Assembly: GCF_006345805.1 (NCBI RefSeq) | Contig: NC_043000.1 | Coordinates: 22,134,001-22,198,000 of the forward strand | Source: Octopus sinensis | Lineage: Eukaryota | Length of the DNA stretch: 64,000 nt | Direction: 5' to 3' | Shown: positions 35,567 to 46,801 of the stretch, one piece after another | How positions within the stretch are numbered: the stretch's first letter is position 1 | Layout of the letters: each line of letters opens with the position of its first letter | The notes under the pieces: model-generated | Seen by the model: the letters and a program-made list of their open reading frames with translations, nothing else | What the model was told of the DNA's origin: nothing | Database searches by the model: none | Program-made: the position numbers and the translations under genes

Positions 35567-35946
35567 CACTTGCGTCAGAAATTAATTAGCACTTCTCAAA
35601 TTTCTACATTAAATAGGTTAAATCAATTAACCTATGAGCTGTTCAAAACGTCTTACGCGATGAGAAAACTTAGTATGGTGTGATTTCGGTCCTTGCGAGG
35701 CGCTACCTATATCTATTAAACAAAGGAAGATTTGTCTGCATCCGCACTCCAAGTTGTTGTTGCACTGCTATGTCAACATCATAAGGCTGTAGACTCTCAA
35801 ACTGCTCTGCAAACAAAGTTACGTCATCGTTCTGCGCAACAGTGAACTCGCAACAAAGCAATAGTTCGAGATATGGCCACTAGGTGACAGCACATACCTT
35901 GAGTGAAGAGCAAATCAAGGGTGCTAATTAATTTCTGACGGTAGTG
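35567..35946. mobile_element. Tc1-type MITE (380 bp), CpG-rich and apparently young
   Basis: TA flanks (35565-35566, 35947-35948) and 26-bp TIRs CACTTGCGTCAGAAATTAATTAGCAC / GTGCTAATTAATTTCTGACGGTAGTG with 2 mismatches. Confidence 0.85.
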
Positions 35947-36129
35947 TACATTCATACTCATATATATGACTATAGACAAACGTGTATACATACGTTTGGG
36001 TGTATGTGTGAGTGTGTATATTTAAATGTGTGTGTGTGTATTGGATAGTTGTTTGCATTCATGGAGGTTCCCTCAAGCTCTTCTTTCTGTTTGCATGCAT
36101 ACTCAGCTGGAATCGACCCAGTATGATTC

Positions 36130-36670
36130 AATGATCAGATGATATGACTTCAAAAGAGTTAAAATACTTTACACATGTCTGCTATTGATCCATTTTTTAT
36201 TGATAATGATGTAATCGATTTGAGCCAGCACTTATTGTACATATGAGTCCATAACTTTCCATTCAACTTCTGAAACTGAGTGTCAAGACAACACCAGCTA
36301 TTTTTAATCAGAAAATGCTCGAATTCTGTGCCATTTTCATAGGTTCTTTCATGAAAGGAATGCTTGTGACATTTGCTGATTACTTATTGTGCTTTCATAT
36401 TGCCAGTAATGATCTGGACATTTTACTTTGGTATTGCATGAACTATGATTGATAGTTCATAGAAAAGGGATACAACTTGCTCATCAGATATACTTGTGGG
36501 TTGTAGCATGAAATCACAGTGGTTTGCATGTTTCCATTGAAGGTAGCAATAGATCTGAAGGGAACTCTTGATATTGATCTGTACTGAAAATGCATGCAGA
36601 CTGAGTAGCATTCCTACACCTCCTATCTTACTATTTGCGGAGTTCTTTAAGGAGGATGCTTCAACCAATA
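36130..36670 (-). mobile_element. Decayed RTE-type LINE endonuclease fragment
   Basis: Minus translation NSANSKIGGVGMLLS...SISDEQVVSLFYELSIIVHAIPK*NVQIITGNMKAQ...SFHERTYENG...FQKLNGKLWT fits LINE APE motifs. Confidence 0.7.
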
Positions 36671-36956
36671 TTCATCCCTTTCCCATTGTGTGATGCTTCA
36701 GGTTTTATCCTTCTGTATGCAGTTGACCTTCAGGTCGATGATCAGTAGCTAATGCTATGAGTTGCAATAACTAACATTGTGTGTAGAGTGCAAATATTGA
36801 AGTTTGATACTGACATTGACTTCTTGTATTTCAAGAGTGTATGCTTTAGGTTTGTATCACTTTTTGGGACCTGGAGCCAGATTGATCACTACAGAAAGTG
36901 CAATTTAAGCATTTTGGTAGATTTAAAGTCCTCACTTGTCTATTGATAGCTGAAAG

Positions 36957-37694
36957 TATAAATCTACATACACCACCACTGCAGATGTGAGCAGTACTTC
37001 TCCAACTAAACCAGTTGATCTTGACTATTAACTATTTTTAGTTACTCCACCCAACAGTGTGATTATACACCATAGGCTTGAACGATTTCACCATTTCATA
37101 TATGTTGTATGTTCTCAGCAAATCATGGAATCTATTATGTCTGACAAAAGAAAAACTTCGTGGAAATATCACCCAACATATCTTCAATCATTGAAGAGCA
37201 GAGAACATGGTATGCTGTTCACTGTTATTGAAGGAAAGTTGTGTTACTGAATGTGCTCCTGTGGATCCCAAACCATGGGAATTCTCAGATGACTCAGAAT
37301 GGTTTACATTGATCAATCTTATGGAATTTCGGGTTAGAAATAGAAACCTCAAAAATGTCATGGAAGACAGGGATACTTGGAGAGAAAGAGTGGTTTTGGT
37401 CTGGGCAACTTACCTGAAATATTAGATAGGTAGATTGTGTTTATGTTTATGCATGCATGTGTGTGTGTTTGTATATATGCTTATGTTTATTTTACATGTA
37501 TGTTAATATATGCACATATTTGTATATAATGTGAATACACAAGTATCTGTACTTCTGTATAAAATTTAAACAGCATAATGGTGTATAATCACAATGTTGG
37601 GTGGAGTAACTAAAAATAGGTAATAGTCAAGATCAACTGGTTCAGTTAGAGAAGTACTGCTCACATCTGTGGTGGTGTTGTATGCAAATTTATA
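36957..37694. repeat. Inverted repeat pair, 117-bp arms (36957-37073 and 37578-37694), ~500-bp spacer
   Basis: CAGATGTGAGCAGTACTTCTC..AACT.AACCAGTTGATCTTGACTATTA.CTATTTTTAGTTACTCCACCCAACA.TGTGATTATACACCAT is present on both strands with few mismatches. Confidence 0.9.
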
Positions 37695-38082
37695 GGTGCA
37701 GGAGTGGCTGTGTGGTAACTAGCTTGCTCACCAACCATATGGTTCTGGGTTTAGTCCCACTGCGTGGCACCTTGGGCAAGTGTCTTTTACTATAGCTTTG
37801 GACCGACCAAATCCTTGTGAGTGGATTTGGTAGACGGAAACTGAAAGAAGCCCGTCGTGTATATTTTTATATGTATTTGTATGTCTGTGCTTGTCCCCCC
37901 CAACATCGTTTGATAACCGATGCTGGTGTGTTTACGCCCCCGTAACTTAGTGGTTCGGCAAAAGAGACCGATAGAATAAGTACTAGGCTTACAAAGAATA
38001 AGTCCTGGGATCGATTTGCTCGACTAAAGGCAGTGCTCCAGCATGGCTGCAGTTAAATGATTGGAACAAGTAAAATAAAAAA
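37695..38082 (+). mobile_element. Full-length tRNA-headed SINE (family A)
   Basis: GGTGCAGGAGTGGCTGTGTGGTAA A-box region, GGGTTTAGTCCC B-box, GGCACCTTGGGCAAGTGTC CORE-like segment, central microsatellite, A-rich end. Confidence 0.9.
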
Positions 38083-39164
38083 TATAAGACCATTGTTACT
38101 TTGTTTGCATTTAAGTATTTTTTCAATTAATAATGCCGTGTTTTTCATATATTGCCCTGTGGCAGTAATGGATATTGTTAGATAGTCTATGAGCATTTAT
38201 AAATATATATAGTGGTAGAAGATCAAAATATATTCTATTCTCTTGATACACCTGTAATTATTATTTTTGCTACATGTGTGTATGATAAAATTGCATACCG
38301 TCTGTTGATTTCGTAAAATTACAATTTTTAAAAATACTTTCCTTGTGAGTGTATCATCACTTTTTTTTTTTTTTGCTTTTGTTTCTGCTCTTGTGCTGCG
38401 TGAAGAGAAAAAAGGTAGAGAACTTATGCATGGGACATAATTCTGATCTACATGTAGTTGAATTACTTTTCTGTCCATACACTGACAGCTTTATAAGTAT
38501 TCATGAACCTAACATCATTAGATATTTTACTACACTTAATTAATGAAGAAATGAAGTTATATATAGAAGGACAGGTGTTTCTTTATATTTTAGAATATTT
38601 GATTGAATCATTTTTCACAATAAGATATAGTAGTTTATGTAAAAGTTGATTTAAGATCCTCCCAAACCATCTATCTGTTATTCAAAAGACAAAGATAAGA
38701 TTTCAGAGGATCATTCTATTTTGCAAATTGGCAACTAAATGATTTTGATACTGTGACGTATCTTTACAGAAGCAAAGAAGAATGTTGAGCTAGACGTTTT
38801 CAATCAGTAAGGAAATTTATATGCAAAATGACCATGTAACTGGCACTTCTCTTCCTATTGCTTGGTTCACTTGTCAGTTGGGACCATAGAATTGTGTAAC
38901 AATAAATGGGTAATTGTGAAGTGCATTCAATTTTGGAGTGTTTTGTTAACTTTTGGTACTGTGTTGAAATAATGTCTTGTGTGTAGTCTGGGAAAATATC
39001 TGACCTCAACTGTGCTAATCACATAATGTTTATGTCCATCTGATATGGGAAAATCAGAGAATTGATTATCTCACACTTGCATATTTATTGATATATAAAG
39101 TAACTGAAAATCATTGTGAAGTAGCATACTGCAGCATTTTTAACGCTGGTTGTTTTTGTTCCAG

Positions 39165-39295
39165 ATGCCAAAATCACGTCGAAGGCGTAGATCTCCTAGC
39201 CGAGATTCTCCTTATGATGACGACGCGTATGGATATTGCAAATCAAAGAGAAGAAAAGCCACTAGAGATTATGATTATCAGAAGCATTCCAGAAG
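39165..39295 (+). CDS. CLK2: First coding exon of an Arg/Ser-rich N-terminus, putative LAMMER/CLK (Doa-like) kinase
   Basis: Acceptor TGTTTTTGTTCCAG|ATG and donor AG|GTATGT. Encodes MPKSRRRRRSPSRDSPYDDDAYGYCKSKRRKATRDYDYQKHSR plus AG (phase 2), joining 52428 in frame. An ATG at the exon start, then phase 2, then phase 0 matches my recollection of CLK exons 2-3. The kinase domain is absent from the window, so the symbol is tentative. Confidence 0.6.
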
Positions 39296-40760
39296 GTATG
39301 TTTGTACATAATTTATAGCTGTTGTTTTGTAATTGTATTACTTAAAAAAAATTGCTACTTCGATATAATGTTTTTACATCTGTTTTCTATGCTTGTGTAA
39401 TGTTCAAAATTGGCTTTATCATTGCTAATCATTGCTAAATTACCCTTCTATTATCTAACATCACTAAAAGTTCTGTAACAAAAATAAGGAATACACTTTG
39501 GACTATTCTTTGTCAGCAAATTATTTATATTCTAATTTTACATTCAAAATTTGCATTATAAATTACGAATGCCGGAGTATTCTTCGTCTTATTTTCTATT
39601 GCAGTTTTAGAATATACATAAGTCGGAATATTTTTGCTGTTCATGCAGCATTATCACATCTGAACTAGAATAGATATTGTTAATGCTCTTTTCATAGGTT
39701 TTATTATCTGTTTTTCTGAATTAACATAATGGTGTGTTTGTTGTTGTGTATTCCTTACTTGCCATTACATTTGTGAGCTTCTTCACGGTCTGATTTAACT
39801 TCTTCAATGCAAATTCTTATTTACTTTACACACCCATGCTATTGTCCCAGAGACTTATAGCCGGCTGAGTCATTATGATATCATTTTGCTTTGTTCCTGA
39901 TAAAAAGAGTAATACTCAATAAACAAGTTAACCGAGATATGCCTAGTTATTGGTAGGTACAGCTGACTGCAGTAGCAGTGAGTCACTACATAACTAATGA
40001 GCCTTTTGTGAGTTTTCAGTTAGTGCACATAGCAAGATTTACAATAGGTTGTATTCATGAAGTCAAACTGCAAAAAACACCATGTCCTGAATAGGTCCAA
40101 ATAAGCAGTTTTTTCCCTACGTGAGCTATGGACTCAGAATTAAAGAGTTGGCAGCAATTATTGGGTTGCTGGTATTAGTTGGTTGTTTTACCAACTCTGA
40201 CTAACTATAAAATGTAATATTTGTCAAAATTTCTAATTTCACAGATATGAAAGTAATCAAATCAGATTTAAGGGTTTCAATGAGACAGAGGGTCTGATTG
40301 AAGTGAGTCTGTTTCTGCAAACTGATGTTAATAAATTTTAGACTTGGATTTTTGATCTAACTCACTATTTTATAGATACATTTTAATTTTGATGTAGATC
40401 GAAAAAAAAATTTTTTTTTGCTTGAAACTTTTAAAATAAATAATATATAGAAAGGCTGCTATATCCTAACTCCTGGAAACTAAAATGTAGCCTGATGATC
40501 CACATTGGGCATATGTATGTTATATTTATTTCATTTTTATGTCCATTTTCCCATGCTAGCATAGGTTAGACAGATATTTCATTGAGTCCCCTTTTTTACA
40601 GCTGGATGTCGTAACTGGTGCTAACCACAACAGATTTGCTTGCAATAGATAGCTTTTTCCACAGGGCACGAAACAATGGGCTATAAGGCTGCTCAAATGT
40701 CTTGACTTTTTGTATATTTGAGCTCAGATGTAAACAAATACACATACGTAAGCGCATACA

Positions 40761-40804
<44 letters not shown>

Positions 40805-42900
40805 ATCATCGTTTAACACCCACTTTCCCTGCTGGCATCGGTTGGACAGTTTGAGGACTGCCAAGCCAGGAGGCTGCACCAGGCTCCAATCTGATCTGGC
40901 AAGGTTTCTACAGCTTAATGCACTTCCTAACACCAACCACTCCATGAGTGTAGCGGGTGCTTTTTACATACAATCGGCACAGAGGCTAGTCAGGCTGCAC
41001 TAGCATCAACCACGTTCGAATGGTGCTTTTTACGTGCCAGTCAGGCTGCACTGGTATCAACCACTCTCGAGCACAGCATATTGCCTGATGATTGATGGGT
41101 ACTTTTAAACAGGCTGGTTATGCAACATTGGCATCGGTCACAGCTATGATCTCACTTGGCTTGCTGGGTCTTCTCAAGCACAGCATATCTCCAAAGGTCT
41201 CAGTCGCTTGTTATTGCCTCTGTGAGGCCCAACATTCAAAGGTTGTGCTTCGCCACCTTATCCCAGATCTTCCTGGGTCTACCTCTTCCACAGGTTCCTT
41301 CCACTGTGTGACACTTCTTCACACAGCTGTCCTCATCCATATGCAACACATGACCATACCAGTGCAGTCATCTCTCTTGCACACCACATCTGATGGTTCT
41401 TACGTCCAACTTTTCTATCAGGGCGCTTACCCTCTGTCGTGCATGCACACTGACATACACATCCAGTGGAGCTTACTAGCTTCATTTCTTTCAAGCCTAC
41501 ACATGTCCTCAGCAGTCACAGTCCATGTTTCACTGCCATGTAGCATGGCTGTTTGCACACATGCTTCATACAGTTTACCTTTCACTCTGAGTGAGAGGCC
41601 TTTTGTTACCAGCAGAGATAGGAGCTCTGAACTTTGTCCAGGCTATTCTTATGCTAGTAGCTACACTCTCAGAGCATCCACCCCTGCTACTGACTTGGTC
41701 ACCTAGGTAATGGAAGCTATCAACTATTTCTATCTTTACTCCCTGGCATCATCATTGTTTAACGTCCGCTTTCCATGCTTGCATGGGTTGGACGGTTTGA
41801 CTGAGGACTGGCAAGCCAGGAGGCTGCACCAGGCTCCAATCTGATCCAGCAAGCTTTCTACAGCTGGATACCCTTCCTAACGCCAAGCAGTCCAAGAGTG
41901 TATTGGGTGCTTTTTACATGCCACTGGCATGGGGGCCAGGCTGGCATTACTGGCATCAGCGATGCTTGAATGTTGCTTTTTACATGTGAATAGCATGGGA
42001 GCCAGTCAGATGGCACTGGTAATGACCAAGCTTGAATGGTGCTTGTTATGTGCCACTGGCACAGGAGCAAGTCAGGTGGCATTGGCAAAGACCACGCTCG
42101 AATGGTGCTTTTTATGTCCCACCGACATGGGACCAGTCATGCGGCACTGGCATGTGAAGGAATCTGTTTTCTGTACATCTTCGGTGCTTATCGTTGCTGT
42201 GCATTTGCCACATACAAAATCTATCTTCCCAGTTAGCCTTCTTTTGATATTGCCACACCTCTTATGTGTCCATAGCTTACGCTGGGTACATCCTATGGAG
42301 ATTCTACCTACGCCTTTTCTACAGATCGAGCAGGGCCATCTACCTGAAGGGATTTGTGATTTGTCTGCCCTCCTACTTACTAAGACTGATTTTTGCTAGA
42401 TTGATTCTAAGTCCCTTTGATTCTAGACCTTGCTTCCACACCTGAAACTTCTTTTCTAGTTCTGGTAGTGACTCAGCTAGAGCAAGGTTATCAGCATAGT
42501 GGAGCTCCCAGGGGCATCCTTCCTCAGTTATTGCCTGGAGGACTATGATGAATTAGGACTGATTCTTTGTGAGCCCCTACTTCTACCTGGAATTCTTCAC
42601 TATACTCGTTACCAACCCTCACCTTACTGACAGCATCCCCGTACATGGCTTGTACACCTCTCATCAACCACTCATTTATCCCTAGTTTCCACATTGACCA
42701 CCAGATAAGGGATTGGGAGACTCTGTCAAAGGCTTTCTCTATGTCAACGAAAGCTAAGTACAGAGGTTTATCTTTGGTTAGGAATTTCTCCTGCAGCTGC
42801 CTTACCAGAAATATAGCATCAGTGGTGCTTCTCCCTAGCACAAACCCAAACTACATCTCATTTAAAGTTACACTTTCCCTAATTAGTTGGGCTATGACCC
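40805..42900 (-). mobile_element. 5'-truncated RTE-clade LINE (RT, Cys-rich segment, C-terminus, 3' UTR, GAT tail) with a nested insertion
   Basis: Minus translation GRSTTDAIFLVRQLQEKF...AFVDIEKAFDRV...PWELHYADNLAL...KGLRINLAK...FVCGKC...CQG.KIEIVDSFHYLGDQ...MLHGSETW...WYGHV...RGRPRKIW, then 3' UTR to (CAT)n at ~40805. Confidence 0.9.
41750..42146 (-). mobile_element. RTE 3' tail copy inserted into the same-family LINE
   Basis: Flanked by 7-bp direct repeats CTGGCAT (41743-41749 and 42147-42153). Removing it rejoins ...DSFTCQ|G.KIEIVDSF... Confidence 0.85.
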
Positions 42901-43070
42901 TCTCCATGACTTTCACATGACCCTCTCTGACTTACATGTGACCTTCACCATATATATATATATATATATATAATATACACACACACATGTAAGGGATGAT
43001 GATTATTTTGCCAATTTCCATTTTCTTTTTCTGATATATATATATATATATATCATGGCGTCCGAAGTCA

Positions 43071-43265
43071 GGACGCCATGATAGATTGTTAGCTCCTACA
43101 CGCATTTTTTTTTCTCTCCTTGTTTTTTTCTGTGTATCTTTCTGTCGAAGAGTGTAGGCTTGAAACGTAAAAGACTTTTTCTATTCCTGAGCACTATACT
43201 AATACATTTGTTTGTTTGTACTCCACCTGCCTTCGTCTTTTGTTTATTTTCGTAAACTTTCCCTT
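43071..43265 (+). mobile_element. Short (TA)n-anchored repeat carrying a hammerhead-like motif
   Basis: TCTTT CTGTCGA A GAGT GTAG GCTT GAAAC GTA AAAGA at 43137-43174. The element ends TTCCCTT directly into (TA)n. Confidence 0.65.
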
Positions 43266-43309
43266 TATATATATATATATATGTGTGTGTGCGTGTGTTT
43301 ACTTATTGC

Positions 43310-43470
43310 AAGTTACTTGGTGACCCTGTTAGTGATGGTATCACTTAAAAAAACACCAGTGCTGGTGCCATGTAAGAAGCATCCAGTACACTCTGTAAAC
43401 TTGTTGGCATTGGGAAGAGCATCCAGCAGTAGAAATCATACCAGCATAGAAAACGGATGTTAAATGATAT
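43310..43470 (+). mobile_element. RTE 3' tail copy
   Basis: GTTACTTGGTGACC...GGCATTGGGAAGAGCATCCAGC...GGATGTTAAATGAT. Similar copies occur at 35345-35540 and 48410-48610. Confidence 0.7.
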
Positions 43471-46400
43471 ATATATACTTGCTCTCACACACACATATAT
43501 ATAGGAGATTTCTTTTCCGTTTCTATCTACCAAATCCTCTCAAAAAACTTTGCCTGGTCCTTGGCTATATTAGAAGATGCTTGCCCAAGGTGCCATGCAT
43601 TAGGGCTGAACTAGAAACCTTTTGATTGAGAAGCAAACTTTTTAACTACACAGCCATGTCTGTGTCATGTATGTTATATCCAATTAGTCTTATTACAGAT
43701 AAAGTAATCTGAACCACTGGTACAATAAATGAATGAGTCAAACAAAAATTTTGTCTATCGACTCCACAGTTTTAAAGTCAAGTAAATTCTTGCTTAGATG
43801 TTTGAACAAAATGTAGGTGTTTTTTCTCTAATCAGTGCACATCTGCTTTCACTGACCTACAAAATACTTAAGCATTTGCAACAAAAATCTCTTTATTGTG
43901 ACTACATGTAGGAATACTTTCCTACATTACATATATTAGATCTGAAGTACTGATTGGCTAAAATTCGGTTAAACATCTTGTTCCAGTTCATCAGATGATA
44001 AGTCAAGTACACACTTGACTAGAAATAATAAGTCTATTTTTAAAGTAAAATATAACAATAAAACTGAGAATACAGTTTTGTTTGTAAGCACACTGCAACC
44101 ACTTGCAAAATGCAGTTATATCTTCCCCCTTGTTTTAAATTTAAGTACAAGTCTTCCTGTCTTAACCTGTTCTTTTGCTTCCTCTCATTGTTTCTGGAAT
44201 CATTTGCCAAACATGTCACCCAATCCTTCCTCTTCAGATATCTAGAACTAATTCTTTGGAATATCCACCCTACTTTTTTTTTTCTACATCCATCAACTTG
44301 CAGAAATTCAAGCCTGACTCCAACCTTATTAATTTCACCAACCTGGGAAAGCTATGGACACTGTCCTCTCTTCCCTAGGCTAAAATTTGAAAGTAAATGA
44401 AGTAAACACATCTCAGCTGTTTTTTTTGGGTGGTGGGGGGTAAATTTGTTTCAGTTGTGCTTATATTTTGCTTCATTTTCTGCCATATTTTAAAGTTAAA
44501 TCATCCCCTAGGACTGCTAAATCGAAGGGCACTGCACCCTAGAATTAAATGAAAACCTCAGTTCGCTGGTTGCACATATTCATTGTTCTCTTTATCTAAC
44601 AATTACTTATATCTATTATTGCTTGATGGTGCTTGTGACTGTGCTATCAATTACCATTAATTCTGTATATAATTAAACTGTTTTTTGAATATGTCAATGG
44701 TTCCTATTTGACATTTCTATTTTCCAGCAGTAGGAATCTTCATTATCTTTTCAAGTCATCCGACAGTGTTGTAACCCTTCAAAATACAAAAAATGTTTAG
44801 CAATGAGCTTCGTCCCATCCCACTGTGCCAAATCTCACCATCACTTGTGAATCTTTTACAGTCTTCATAATCACTGTCACAATTGCACTATAGAGATGTT
44901 GTTTCTTTTTTCTTTGGCACCGTGAAATGTTTCTACTTTAAATAGCAATAGATTCTCTAAAAAGGTCTTTTGGAATTGTCTTCAATATAAATTTTTCTGT
45001 AACTGGCTTCCTAGACTTTGTTGAGAAGAAATTGTTTTCATAAAAGTGAAGCAAATTTTAAAGGAGGGATATCTTTTTGTTGTTTCTACACAATATTTCA
45101 TGATTATTCTATTTAAGTTTGCTATTGGCAGCTTTCTTTTCTTTGCTTAAACTCTGTTCCATTCATTATATTCCTCGTGTGTCCCTAAAAATTGTGGGAT
45201 ACTTTGCTTTTGTTACTGTAATGAACTTATGTTGTAATTCTTCAATCTACTCCTACCATCCTTCTAATTCAAGAGAGTCACTAAAGAAAAGATTTTAGGA
45301 AAACTTTGTATTTCTTGTAATTCAAGTAAAAAACATTCATGTACATTTACCTTTTGTTCCTGATGGTAGAAATTTTCAATTGAATCAGTCTTCTTTTCTT
45401 ATATTCTTCTACCTGGTAATTAAAGTATGAAGTGTTGTGTTCAGTAGTATGACACTGTCTGTGATGCATTATACTCTTGTATGAAATATGTACTCAGTGC
45501 CCATCAGTTCATGTGCAAACAGCTTTTGTTCTATGATTATTCCAATATCAAAAATTGACATGTTTTTTTTATCTTCCTCACTAACAAGGTCCGGGAATGT
45601 TGGTTTTGGGCAATTATTGAGATTTTATTGATAGCATACCTTTGCTATTGGATAAAATCACATGCTCAGGTTACACGCCAATGCCATGAACAATAAAACC
45701 TCTTTCTATTCTTTACTTCAGTGTTGTATTCCAAATATATATTTCCCCATGAATCCCAATTCTATTATCTTGAAAGCATTTCTTCATATTTTTAAAATGC
45801 AGTTCATTTAATTTCCAATGAAAAATTTTGATGTTTTATTATTAAAAAGATTTTTTTTATTCATTAAATTCTGTAAGCCACCTCTGTTATTCGTTAGTTA
45901 ACGAAACGATGGTGGTGGTGGTGGGGAGGAGTTAATTTAAGCTATTTTTCTATTTGTTAATATAAACAGTCTTAAATTAATTTCAAAAGAAATTAAGATC
46001 ACTTCTCACTTTGAATCGTTGTTCTAATTTAGTTTTCGTGTATCAGGGGAAAGCACTTGAAGTGAGTTGTGTACCTTGAGACTCGATATACTGTTATTAA
46101 AGCGATATATTTAAACTTGTAATTTTGAATTTTAACAGTAATTCATACAAAGACTCCATATTTAATTTAGAAGATAAGAAGCGGAGATTGCTTCTCTTCT
46201 TCAACATTTATTATTGTTGTCACTGGTCAAGCAAGCCTAATCAAAGCGTTTTAGCTGCGACCACTCCATTCCATCATGTACATCCAAGTCTATAACGTGT
46301 CTTCCTTTTAAAACGGCAGTGTAATTTCAGGGAAATTTGACTGGTCAGCTTGAAATACTTATACATATGTGCTCAAGTGCGTAGTGTTACGGGCTATCGC

Positions 46401-46768
46401 TTCCCCTAATTGTCGAAGGGAGTTAATTTATTCTAAAATTATAATTGCCTTATAACTTCCAGAAAAAACGGATACTTTTTAACGAAATTTTCAACAAATA
46501 TCGCCGAGATGCTGTAGATTCAGGGTATGTGGGGATTTGTTGGAATGAATTTTTGTGAGGGGTTGATATGAGGAGTTTCGGAAAATTCATACGACCCGAC
46601 CTTTATAACTGTCAGGAAAATGCGTATCTTTTAATGAAACTTTATATAGATAGCTTTCAGACGGCATAGACCAACTGCTGTTATAAAGAAATTTGTGGGT
46701 CAAATTATTTCCGAGGGGTTGAGAGGAGTTACACCACAACTTTTGAAATGATGAGATGTGGGCATTTT

Positions 46769-46801
<33 letters not shown>

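Noticed and set aside
41092-42399. Plus-strand ORFs of 204 and 156 aa
   Set aside because: Antisense shadows of the minus-strand RTE LINE.
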